Positions 44,622-53,144 of a DNA stretch of 53,144 bases are shown here, in pieces. The stretch spans positions 1 to 53,144 of the forward strand of contig PSMU01000007.1 of assembly GCA_040290255.1 (NCBI GenBank). The letters are read 5' to 3'. This stretch comes from Nitrososphaerota archaeon (GTDB lineage: Archaea > Thermoproteota > Nitrososphaeria > PSMU01). Each line of letters opens with the position of its first letter. Position 1 is the first letter of the stretch. Both the position numbers and the translations under genes were made by a program. The notes beneath the pieces were generated by a model that worked only from the letters and a program-made list of their open reading frames with translations, did no database searches and was not told the origin of the DNA.

Positions 44622-46223
44622 CTATTCCGGCGGCAGCTCCCTGAAGATCAGGTTTATGTCTAGCCCCCTTCTTGCATGATAGGCCCTGCTGCGAAAGTAG
44701 ATGGCGAGCGTTATCAATATGATGCCGATGACCACGGCGACCCCGAGCGTCGTTGGCGTGCTGATCAGCGGGTTGGTGATCGCTACATAGCCCAAATACG
44801 CGAACGAAAGGGCGGTCAGCAGGCCCAGCAGGCTCAGCAGCGGCATGCCTAAGAGCCTCCTGCGCAGGAAGCCGGGCGCTCCCTCCAGCAGGCCAGGCCG
44901 CCTAAGCGGCAGCAGCAGGGCAGCTATTCCCGGCACAACGAAGGATATGCCCCAGAGGAACGTGCCAAGCGCAAAGGCCGTGGGCCAAGAAGTGAAGTAG
45001 TAGAGCACAAAGAGCACGGCCGCGAGTCCCGAGATGGCCGCTATCGAGTAATGAGGGGCATGATACCTCTGGTGCACGTCCGCGAAGCGTGTCGGTATGA
45101 TCCTATCAAAGGACCACGCGAAGAAGTAACGCGTTGGAATCCAGAAGTAAACAAAGGGGGCCACCGCCGAACCGACTAGGTAGGTCAGTATGGCCAGGGC
45201 CGTGAGAGCCTGATTAGGATAGGAAATCAGTGCCAAGAGCAGCGGTTCGGTCGGAGGGTAGGGCATGACGCTGCTGTAGGCCGTCTGGTTATTATCCCAG
45301 AGGTAGCCCACCGCATACATCCAGTTCTCGCCCGTGGCCTTCAGCGTTAGCGCTGCCGTGATACTCCAGTAGGCTATCCCGAAGAACAGTGAGAGGAGCA
45401 GGGCCAACGGGATTGCCCTCCTCACGCCCTTTATCTCTCCCGCTATGACATCCACGAAGTTGCCACCGAACAGGAAGAGCGCGGCCAGCGGAAGGCTGGC
45501 CAGCGTGGCTTGTAGCCCGCCGGGAGCACCGCTCCAGCCGGACCGGGTGGCCTGTTCTACGAGCCCATCATAGGTGACGAACTGGCCCAGCACCCTGTTC
45601 CAGTTTGAGGCCAGAAGCGCCGGAGAGGCCGCCGCCAAAAGCCCCCACATCACTACTATCCCGACTATCTCTATCCCCCAGAAGATGTAGAGAAAGCGCC
45701 TTACGGCGCGGCTGCCAAAGAGCGAGAGCACGGCAAAGAGCAGCGTCAGTAGGACGGAGAGCGCCAGCTCCCCGACGGGGGCGCTGAGCCAATCGCCCGC
45801 GGAGCTAAGGCCGGTCAGGCCATAAAGGCGCCCCCAAATGCTCAGGGAAGTCGATATGGCATACGCATATGCGGCCGTCCCTCCCACATAGGCCGTTACG
45901 AAGACCGAGAACATGTATAGGGCCGACCATGAGAAGCCAACTGTTGGATGCAGCAGCCTGCTGACCCAGATATAATCGTTGCCTGCCCTGGGCATCAACA
46001 CGCCTATGCCCCAATAGCAGAGCATCAGGATCAGGAAGGGAATCGCGGCCAGCACTAGCGCCAGCGGAAGGTTGGCGCCAGGATTAAAGCCGTAAAACCA
46101 TGGGAACTGTAGGGTTGTGAAGACCAGCGCGAAGACGGCGGCCGAGGCCATCAGGAGGGCATCCACCGAGCCGAATTCCTTCACTAGGCCCGTCGCCTCC
46201 CTTACGAAGACCCTCTGGCCCAT
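44622..46223 (-). CDS. APC family amino acid permease
   Basis: FVREATGLVKE, MPRAG.DY.W.SR, R..FAWSFDR..P..FA.V, F.ELPPE. Confidence 0.9.
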   Translation of the reverse strand: MGQRVFVREATGLVKEFGSVDALLMASAAVFALVFTTLQFPWFYGFNPGANLPLALVLAAIPFLILMLCYWGIGVLMPRAGNDYIWVSRLLHPTVGFSWSALYMFSVFVTAYVGGTAAYAYAISTSLSIWGRLYGLTGLSSAGDWLSAPVGELALSVLLTLLFAVLSLFGSRAVRRFLYIFWGIEIVGIVVMWGLLAAASPALLASNWNRVLGQFVTYDGLVEQATRSGWSGAPGGLQATLASLPLAALFLFGGNFVDVIAGEIKGVRRAIPLALLLSLFFGIAYWSITAALTLKATGENWMYAVGYLWDNNQTAYSSVMPYPPTEPLLLALISYPNQALTALAILTYLVGSAVAPFVYFWIPTRYFFAWSFDRIIPTRFADVHQRYHAPHYSIAAISGLAAVLFVLYYFTSWPTAFALGTFLWGISFVVPGIAALLLPLRRPGLLEGAPGFLRRRLLGMPLLSLLGLLTALSFAYLGYVAITNPLISTPTTLGVAVVIGIILITLAIYFRSRAYHARRGLDINLIFRELPPE

Positions 46224-46315
46224 TTTGATGGCGAGCGACGTGCCGTTGCTATCTATAATTGCCACAGCGTGACCACAGCTTCAGGCTTAAGAGGCGGGGC
46301 ACATCACGCCCCGCC

Positions 46316-47245
46316 GTGAGCTTCGTCAAGGAAGGATACTTAGATGTCTTCGGCGCACGGCTCTACTATAAGAGCTTTGGGCGTGGTAATACTAAGCTCC
46401 TCTGCCTTCACGGCGGCCCCGGCGCTACACATGATTATCTGCTGCCGCTTGCCGACCTAGCCGGCGATGATCTACAGGTAATATTTTATGACCAGGCGGG
46501 CTGTGGCCGATCCACGTTCCCCGAGGACATGAGCTTCCTCTCATCGGGCGAGGCCTACGTGAATTATGGCGTTGAGGAGGTGGAAGAGGTTAGGAGGAAG
46601 CTGGACTTGGGCAGGCCCTTCCTCCTCGGCTCCTCCTACGGGGGGCTGTTGGCCCTGGCCTACGCTGTCAAGTACCAGCATAACCTACTTGGGCTCATCG
46701 TGGCGAGCGGCCTATCCAGCGTCCCCCTCACCGTGGAGGAGATGCAGCGCCTAAAGGATGGGTTGCCCAAGAGAGTAAGGCAAGTGATAGAGAGATATGA
46801 GCGCCTGGGCGATTATCGGAATGAGGAGTACCAGGCCGCGGTAAAGGAGTTCTACAAGAGGCACCTCTGCAGGCTCAACCCCTGGCCTGCCGAGCTTGAA
46901 TACACGTTTCAGCATATTAGCGAGCGGATCTACCTAGAAATTAACGGCCCGAACGAGTTTACGATAACGGGCAAGCTCAAGGACTACGACATAACGGAAA
47001 AGATCTCATCCATTACTATACCCACGCTCATCACGGTCGGCAAGTACGACGAGGTGACGCCGAGGGTAGCGCAGGTCATACACGAAAGGATAAAGGGCTC
47101 CAAGCTCGTCATATTCCAGAGGAGCTCACATGTGGCCTTCTGGGAAGAAAGAGACAGGTACCTGAAGGTGGTAAAGGAGTTCATCGACTCCGTGCTCTCG
47201 CAGCGCAGGACTATGGAAGAGGGCGAGCGCGCTCCGATCGGCTAG
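46316..47245 (+). CDS. Proline iminopeptidase (tricorn F1-like)
   Basis: HGGPG..HDY, YDQ.GCG.S, GSSYGG, GPNEF.ITG, G.YDE, SSH; start probably GTG 46316. Confidence 0.9.
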   Translation: MSFVKEGYLDVFGARLYYKSFGRGNTKLLCLHGGPGATHDYLLPLADLAGDDLQVIFYDQAGCGRSTFPEDMSFLSSGEAYVNYGVEEVEEVRRKLDLGRPFLLGSSYGGLLALAYAVKYQHNLLGLIVASGLSSVPLTVEEMQRLKDGLPKRVRQVIERYERLGDYRNEEYQAAVKEFYKRHLCRLNPWPAELEYTFQHISERIYLEINGPNEFTITGKLKDYDITEKISSITIPTLITVGKYDEVTPRVAQVIHERIKGSKLVIFQRSSHVAFWEERDRYLKVVKEFIDSVLSQRRTMEEGERAPIG

Positions 47246-47276
47246 AGCTGGAGGTCGCGAAGGCTAGCAGCAGGGT

Positions 47277-48395
47277 ATGAGCCGCTCGCCCCTGTTGTCC
47301 GTGAACGGCTTGACGGTCGCTTACCGCACCGCCTTCGGTGAAGTGAAGGCCATACAAAACATAAACCTCTCCATCTACTCCAACGAAGTTCACGGCATAG
47401 TGGGCGAAACGGGCTGCGGTAAATCCACGTTGGCGCTTTCGCTGATAGGGCTCCTACCTCCGCAGGCCCGCATAGTGGCCGGCAGCATATGGTACAAGGG
47501 CATCGATTTGACCCGCCTAAGTGAGCCGATGTTCACGCAACTAAGGGGCACCGAGATTGCCATGGTATTTCAAGAACCCATGAGCTCGCTCAACCCGGTA
47601 TATACTGTGGGGGAGCAGGTTGCCGAGGCTGTGATCATTCGCCGTGCCCGCGAAACAAGGGCACGTTATCGGGGGCCTGGAGTTCAAGAGCCATATGTTT
47701 ACCCAGCAGCCGCCAAGGCACAGGAGCTGAGGGGGTCTAACCTCATGACGAGGCTCTTTGGCGTTCGCTTCACGCGCAGGAGGCCCGCTCGGATACTGGA
47801 CGCCGGTTTACGTGAAGAAGTCATACGCTATCTGCGCATGGTGAGAATATACGACCCCGAGCGTATCGTGGACAAGTATCCTCATCAGCTGAGCGGGGGC
47901 ATGAGGCAGCGCGTCATGCTGGCGATGGCCCTAGCCCTCCGGCCAAGCCTCTTGATAGCGGATGAGCCCACGAGTGCCCTAGACGTGATCACACAGGCGC
48001 AAATCCTCAAGCTGCTCAGGGAGCTGACAAAGGACCACGGATCCTCCGTGCTCCTCATTTCGCATGACTTCGGGGTCATAGCGGAAACGGCCGACAGAGT
48101 GGCCGTGATGTATGCAGGTCAAGTCGTCGAGCAAGGGCTGACCGAAAGGATCTTCGAAGAGCCCCTACATCCCTATACCAAGATGCTGCTGGGCGCCTTG
48201 CCGCGCGGCTATTATGACTCACCGCCCCTAGATGCGATACCCGGCTCCGTGCCCGACCCTGCCTTTCCGCCTACGGGGTGTAAGTTCCACCCCCGTTGCC
48301 CTCAGGCCTTCTCTAGGTGTAAGCGCGAGGAACCGCCCATGAGAGCCATCGAGAGAAAGGGAGGCGTGGCCTGTTTCCTATATGAAGGCCCGTGA
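47277..48395 (+). CDS. oppD: Oligopeptide/dipeptide ABC ATPase
   Basis: GETGCGKS, FQEPM.SLNP, YPHQLSGGMRQR, HPYT, C.FHPRC. Confidence 0.9.
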   Translation: MSRSPLLSVNGLTVAYRTAFGEVKAIQNINLSIYSNEVHGIVGETGCGKSTLALSLIGLLPPQARIVAGSIWYKGIDLTRLSEPMFTQLRGTEIAMVFQEPMSSLNPVYTVGEQVAEAVIIRRARETRARYRGPGVQEPYVYPAAAKAQELRGSNLMTRLFGVRFTRRRPARILDAGLREEVIRYLRMVRIYDPERIVDKYPHQLSGGMRQRVMLAMALALRPSLLIADEPTSALDVITQAQILKLLRELTKDHGSSVLLISHDFGVIAETADRVAVMYAGQVVEQGLTERIFEEPLHPYTKMLLGALPRGYYDSPPLDAIPGSVPDPAFPPTGCKFHPRCPQAFSRCKREEPPMRAIERKGGVACFLYEGP

Positions 48396-48404
48396 GCCGT
48401 TGAA

Positions 48405-49397
48405 ATGGAACCGGTGCTAAAAGTCGAGGGCCTGGTCAAACACTTTGGGACAGGTCGCGCGCTTTTTGCGTTGCTCAGGGGGAAAAACGAGCCCATAAGG
48501 GCGGTAGACGGGGTAACCTTCGAGCTGCTGCCCGGAGAAAGCCTTGGGATAATAGGCGAAAGCGGCAGTGGCAAGACTACACTTGCCCGTACGGTGCTGC
48601 TCCTGCTAAGGCCAGATGCCGGCAGGATATTCTTCATGGGCAGGGACATAACCCTGGTCCCCGAGCGCAACCTTCGTAGTTTACGCCCGAAGGCCCAGAT
48701 GGTGTTTCAAGATCCCAACTGGTCCTTGGATCCACGCATGAAGGTCCTCGATATCGTAACTGAGCCCCTCAGAGGGGCGGGGATAAAGGATCGGACTTCC
48801 TTGCATGATGCGGCCATGGAGGCCGTAAGGGCGGTCGGGTTGCCCGAGACGAGCTTAAACAGGTATCCTCACGAGTTTAGCGGAGGCGGCCGGCAAAGAA
48901 TAAGCATAGCCAGGGCCATAGTCGGCCGGCCTAACTTAGTAGTCCTAGACGAGCCCACCAGCGCCCTAGATGTATCGGTGCAGGCGCAAATCCTCAATCT
49001 GCTAAAACGTCTACAGAAGGTATTAGGAATGTCCTATATTTTCATCACGCATAACTTCGACGTCGCGAAATATATGAGCCACAGGCTGGCCGTCATGTAC
49101 CTTGGAAAGTTCGTGGAAGTGGGCCCCACTCCAGAGTTGGCCGAGAGGCCCGTTCATCCTTACACAAGGCTCTTGCTCGCTTCCGTCCCTTCGATAGACC
49201 CCAAGGCGCGCAAGCTACAGGAGCTTCAACTGCTGGGCGAACCGCCCAGCGCGCTTAGGCCGCCCACCGGATGCAGGTTCCATAATAGGTGCCCCCTTGC
49301 GACAAGGCTCTGCGGTCAAGCAGAGCCGCCACTAACCGAAGTGAGCAGGGGACATATGGTAGCTTGCCACTTCGTCGGCGAGCTCATCAGGAGGTAG
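48405..49397 (+). CDS. oppF: Oligopeptide/dipeptide ABC ATPase
   Basis: AVDGV, GESGSGKT, YPHEFSGG..QR, ALDVSVQAQILN, GCRFH.RC. Confidence 0.9.
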   Translation: MEPVLKVEGLVKHFGTGRALFALLRGKNEPIRAVDGVTFELLPGESLGIIGESGSGKTTLARTVLLLLRPDAGRIFFMGRDITLVPERNLRSLRPKAQMVFQDPNWSLDPRMKVLDIVTEPLRGAGIKDRTSLHDAAMEAVRAVGLPETSLNRYPHEFSGGGRQRISIARAIVGRPNLVVLDEPTSALDVSVQAQILNLLKRLQKVLGMSYIFITHNFDVAKYMSHRLAVMYLGKFVEVGPTPELAERPVHPYTRLLLASVPSIDPKARKLQELQLLGEPPSALRPPTGCRFHNRCPLATRLCGQAEPPLTEVSRGHMVACHFVGELIRR

Positions 49398-49411
49398 GCC
49401 GCGGGCTATCA

Positions 49412-50284
49412 TTATCTTATGTGGCGTAGGCGCGGATCTAGGTAATCCCTGAAGGAATCGCCCAACAAAGAAAAGGCAAGGGCGATGGTAAAGAGGGCGA
49501 AGCCGGGCGCCAGGGGATACCACCAGGCCGTCGAAAGGAAGTCCTGTCCCTCTAGCGTCATTCTACCCCATTCAGGAAAGGGGGGTTGTACCCCCAAGCC
49601 AACATAGCTGAGCACGGAAGCTGTAAGGATCGCGTTGCCCAGGTCTATAGTGCCGTAAGCTATGACGGTGGGGAGCACGTGGGGCAAAACGTGCCTGTAA
49701 ATTATCGATAGACCTCCAAACCCCGAAAGACGGGCGGCTTCCACAAAGAGGCTGCCCTTTAGCGTGAGGGCCTCCGCCCTACTCAATCTGGCATACCAGG
49801 GCCACCAAACTACTAATAGCGCAAGTATCGCCTGCTGAACTCCAGGTCCCAGGGCTATCGAAACCGACATGGCCAGCACGAGAGGGGGGAACGAAAGGAA
49901 GATGTCGGTGATTCTCATCAACGTTTCATCTAGGATGCCGCCAAAGTAGCCGGCCACTATGCCCAGCGCCATACCCAGAAGTGAAGACGTAACCACCACG
50001 GTCAACCCGATGAGGAAGTCATAGGGGGCGCCCGCCAGGATCCTACTGAAGATATCCCTCCCCAGCTCATCTGTTCCTAAGAGGTGCGTAAATGAAGGCG
50101 GGCTGAGCCGTGAGGCCAGGTTCTGTTCATATGGGTCGTAGGGGAGAAAGCCGTAGCCTAGGATCAAGACAATAATCGTGACAGCCACATAAGCGCCCAC
50201 GATCGTAAGGCTGACCAGATAAAGCCGGCCGCGCCTTATCTGAGCGATGATATCCCTCAGCGCGGTAAGCTGAGGCAGCGTCAT
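49412..50284 (-). CDS. oppC: Oligopeptide/dipeptide ABC permease
   Basis: H.LGTD.LGRDI.SR, EAAR..G, LS..GLG.QPP.PEWG, GD..RD.LDP; ATGA overlap with oppB. Confidence 0.9.
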   Translation of the reverse strand: MTLPQLTALRDIIAQIRRGRLYLVSLTIVGAYVAVTIIVLILGYGFLPYDPYEQNLASRLSPPSFTHLLGTDELGRDIFSRILAGAPYDFLIGLTVVVTSSLLGMALGIVAGYFGGILDETLMRITDIFLSFPPLVLAMSVSIALGPGVQQAILALLVVWWPWYARLSRAEALTLKGSLFVEAARLSGFGGLSIIYRHVLPHVLPTVIAYGTIDLGNAILTASVLSYVGLGVQPPFPEWGRMTLEGQDFLSTAWWYPLAPGFALFTIALAFSLLGDSFRDYLDPRLRHIR

Positions 50285-51306
50285 CCCGCTCGGATTTCCC
50301 TTATCCTGGGGTCCAACCAAGCGTAGCCTAGATCTGCCGCCAAGTTCAGAAGCGTGACGCTCAGCGCGTAGAGCACGGTCGCGCCCATCACGGCAGGGAG
50401 GTCGAGCGATAGGGCCGATTGTACCGCGAACCTCCCCACGCCAGGCCAATTAAAGACGAATTCGACAATCACCGCTCCCCCCAACATATACGCGAAGATC
50501 AGCGATAGGGCGGTTACCGCTGGAATGGCCGCGTTCCTAAGAGCATGCTTAAAGAGCACGAGGCCCTCGCCGAGGCCCTTGGCCCTAGCCGTCCTTATGT
50601 AATCCTGTTGTAATACCTCTATCATGGAGGAGCGAATGAGCCTCGTCACTAAGCCAAAGACCGCCAGCGCCAGCGTCAACGCTGGCATTAGGATATGAAG
50701 CAATGCGTCCTTGAATGCCAAGAGGTTGCCCGTGAGCAGCGAATCGATAAGATATAGGCCCGTTATGCCCGTGGGAGGGCTAATATCGGGTGAAAGTCTG
50801 CCCCCAGAAGGAAGGAGCCCAAGGGCGTAAAACAGGACGAGCTGAACCAAGAGCGCCAGCAGGAAGGGTGGAAAGGAGTAGGTGCCGAGCGCGAAGAGCC
50901 TTACCAGCCTATCTTGCCATCTCTCCCTGCGCGCTGCCGCCACCACGCCTAAGCCTATGGAGAGCAACGCGGTAATTATTAGCGATGCTAGTGAGAGTTC
51001 CAACGTGGCCGGGAAATAGCGCAGCAGCTCTTCGAGCACAGGCTGCCCGTTCACGGGCGAGGTCCCCCAGTCGCCCCTCAACAGATCGAGCAGGAAGTAG
51101 AGGTACTGCATATAGATAGGATCCCTCAAGTGATACCTTATCGCGTAGGCCTCCAGCGTAGAGGGGCTAGCCCTGAGCCCTGCCCATGCACGCGCCGGAT
51201 CAGGGACCACTAGCCTCGAGGTGACGAACGTCAAGAACGTCACCCCTAGGATCACGGGCGCCAACGTTATCAAACGTTTTATCACGAATCTCAGGAAGAA
51301 CATCAT
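50281..51306 (-). CDS. oppB: Oligopeptide/dipeptide ABC permease
   Basis: GD.G.S, PATLEL, DYIRTARAKGL, HALRNA, E.VF.WPG.G, DPRIR. Confidence 0.9.
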   Translation of the reverse strand: MMFFLRFVIKRLITLAPVILGVTFLTFVTSRLVVPDPARAWAGLRASPSTLEAYAIRYHLRDPIYMQYLYFLLDLLRGDWGTSPVNGQPVLEELLRYFPATLELSLASLIITALLSIGLGVVAAARRERWQDRLVRLFALGTYSFPPFLLALLVQLVLFYALGLLPSGGRLSPDISPPTGITGLYLIDSLLTGNLLAFKDALLHILMPALTLALAVFGLVTRLIRSSMIEVLQQDYIRTARAKGLGEGLVLFKHALRNAAIPAVTALSLIFAYMLGGAVIVEFVFNWPGVGRFAVQSALSLDLPAVMGATVLYALSVTLLNLAADLGYAWLDPRIREIRAG

Positions 51307-51361
51307 TGCGTTGCGCCTGGCCGGCTTAAGCTTTTTTAAGCTTTGGTACAGCCCCCGCGCG

Positions 51362-53008
51362 TTGGCCGACCATAAATGCCGGTCACGGGGACATAGGGGG
51401 CTCTCAAGATTTGCCCTGGCCATTGCCCTCATCGCGGTCGTAACCGTAGCCGGCATAGCCACGTATTCCTTGCTTTCCTCTTTAGGCCCTAGGAGGGCCC
51501 CTCCCTCCCGCACCTTAATAGTCGACAAGGCGGTCGAGCTGCAAAGCCTTGATCCTGCCTTCGATTATGAATATGTAGGTTGGGAAATCCTGCAGAACGT
51601 CTACGAAACCCTAGTCTGGTACAATGGGAGCTCGACCAATGTCTACAAGGGCGTACTGGCCACTCATTGGAGCGTCAGCAGCGACGGGCTTACATATACC
51701 TTCTATCTCAGAAAAGGGGTCAGGTTTTCGAGCGGAAATAACCTCACGGCCGAAGCGGTAAGGTATTCCTTCAACCGGGTGCTGCTCATGAACCAACCGC
51801 CCTCCTGGATACTATCACAGGTGCTCAACCTCAGCAGCGTAGAAGTGGTCGACGACTACACGGTAAGGATCCACCTGCTGAGACCTTATTCCAATTTCCT
51901 TGCCCTTCTCTCCACCGTTACGGCATCTATCGTTGACCCCGCCGTCGTTGAGTCACATGGTGGAGTAAAGGCGAACCAAACGAACCCTTGGATGGACACC
52001 AATACGGCGGGCACGGGGCCCTTTTACGTCAAGGAATGGGTCAAGGGCGACCACATAACGCTCGAAAGAAATCCTTACTACTGGGGTCCCCAGCCCTATT
52101 TAGAGCGGGTCGTGCTTTACTTTAAGCCAAGCGTGCAGAGCAGGCTCCTGGACCTTAAAAGAGGGACGGCGCAAGTCGCTGTGGTGGATGTAAACCATGT
52201 GGCTGACATAGCGGGCCAACCGAACATCGTGCTGCAGGAGCTGGGGCTGACATACCACATAGACTTCATCTTTCTTAACACCAAGAAATTCCCCTTCAAT
52301 ATAACGCTGGTAAGGCAAGCGGTGGCCCACGCGATAGATTATGATTCGATAATGCGCGAGATAAACAGGAACCTGACGGTGAGGTTCGTGGGCCCAATAC
52401 CCAAGGGCATGGAAGGGTATGATGATTCTCTGAAACCCCATGATTACAACATAACGCTCGCCAAGGAGCTGCTAGCGAAGGCGGGCTTTCCTGACGGCAG
52501 GGGAATTCCACCGCTCACATACATCTATTATGCGCGTGATGCCTCCGTGGCGCTGATAGCCCAAAAGGTCCAAGAAGACCTCTCAGCCCTAGGGCTCGAG
52601 GTTCGAGTTGTGGGTCTTCCCTTCTCCACTTACATCGATACGCTGCTGGGAAGCCCCTCCGCCCCGAGTACGCCTGAAATGGGTTGGACGGAGTGGTATC
52701 CCGATTATGCCGCGCCGGACGATTATGTGGTGCCCTTTACCAACCCCGGCTTCCCGCCCGTTGGTTGGAACCCAGCCTATTGGAGCGATGATAGAGTCAA
52801 TCAGTTGATAGCGCAGGCGCCCTACGTGATAAACACAACCGACCGCATAGCGATGTACCATCAGATCGTGAGGATCCTCTATGAGGAGGTGCCGTACATC
52901 TGGCTCGGACAGTTCAAGGGATATTATGTGTATCGGGACAACGTAAAGGGGGTCTTCTTCAACCCTATGCTGGCAGGCATGTACTACGCCTCCATCTACC
53001 TCGAATGA
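51362..53008 (+). CDS. oppA: Family 5 peptide-binding protein
   Basis: N-terminal TM anchor, LDPA, YETLV, LA..W.VS.DG..YTF.LR.GV.F, GTGPF, VRQA...AID; TTG start fits the TATA at 51331-40. Confidence 0.9.
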   Translation: MADHKCRSRGHRGLSRFALAIALIAVVTVAGIATYSLLSSLGPRRAPPSRTLIVDKAVELQSLDPAFDYEYVGWEILQNVYETLVWYNGSSTNVYKGVLATHWSVSSDGLTYTFYLRKGVRFSSGNNLTAEAVRYSFNRVLLMNQPPSWILSQVLNLSSVEVVDDYTVRIHLLRPYSNFLALLSTVTASIVDPAVVESHGGVKANQTNPWMDTNTAGTGPFYVKEWVKGDHITLERNPYYWGPQPYLERVVLYFKPSVQSRLLDLKRGTAQVAVVDVNHVADIAGQPNIVLQELGLTYHIDFIFLNTKKFPFNITLVRQAVAHAIDYDSIMREINRNLTVRFVGPIPKGMEGYDDSLKPHDYNITLAKELLAKAGFPDGRGIPPLTYIYYARDASVALIAQKVQEDLSALGLEVRVVGLPFSTYIDTLLGSPSAPSTPEMGWTEWYPDYAAPDDYVVPFTNPGFPPVGWNPAYWSDDRVNQLIAQAPYVINTTDRIAMYHQIVRILYEEVPYIWLGQFKGYYVYRDNVKGVFFNPMLAGMYYASIYLE

Positions 53009-53060
53009 GATAGCAAGCACATCAAGTAATTCTCATAAGCCCCTCTCTTCGATACGCGAT

Positions 53061-53144
53061 ATGCCGGGCGAGAGCGGCGGTCGACCGGTGCTCTTAGTCA
53101 CATCCCCAAACCTGCAGGCGCTCCTAGAGCCATGGCGAGGACAG
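53061..53144 (+). CDS. Possible 5' end of a gene running off the window
   Basis: ATG 53061 is open to the window end (MPGESGGRPVLLVTSPNLQALLEPWRGQ) with an AT-rich box upstream. Confidence 0.4.
   Translation, partial: MPGESGGRPVLLVTSPNLQALLEPWRGQ

Noticed and set aside
1-53144. CRISPR arrays, IS elements, integrases, tRNA or rRNA genes
   Set aside because: No periodic repeats, transposase or integrase motifs, or cloverleafs were seen by eye; a covariance-model scan would be needed to exclude split or intron-containing tRNAs.

Overview
About 53 kb of chromosome from a high-GC archaeon. The archaeal EF-2, AT-rich TATA boxes about 22-26 nt before GTG/TTG/ATG starts and several small proteins resembling Nitrososphaerota lineage proteins suggest a non-ammonia-oxidising Nitrososphaerota/TACK member (inference). 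No rRNA, tRNA, CRISPR array or transposase was seen. Left to right: (1) the frameshifted end of an M20 peptidase and a DUF1152 gene; (2) an unexplained three-gene operon encoding a HerA/VirB4-like protein with degenerate Walker motifs, a RadA/RadB-like ATPase and a polytopic membrane protein, next to a membrane-anchored wHTH regulator; (3) an amidohydrolase and two candidate C/D-box sRNAs; (4) an ~18 kb aerobic aromatic/CoA catabolic cluster with two HpaB-type monooxygenases, flavin reductase, HpaD dioxygenase, MhpC-like hydrolase, FAH, PaaK, two thioesterases, CaiB, CaiC-like ligase, a Rieske oxygenase and a Liv ABC transporter whose binding protein has an in-frame amber stop; (5) an uncharacterised metallophosphoesterase + APC permease + Pol-beta-type nucleotidyltransferase cluster; (6) oxidoreductases, a VOC dioxygenase behind a 19-bp palindrome, a ParB/DGQHR protein, a methyltransferase with a C/D-box RNA in its leader, a C2HC zinc-finger microprotein, TrmB, extended SfsA, small hypotheticals, adenine deaminase, EF-2 and a pilin-like gene; (7) a lower-GC peptide/amino-acid uptake block (PuuE-like, APC permease, proline iminopeptidase, Opp/Dpp ABC). 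All family assignments come from motifs recognised by eye; no searches were run. Several starts were moved from the ORF track using TATA spacing.
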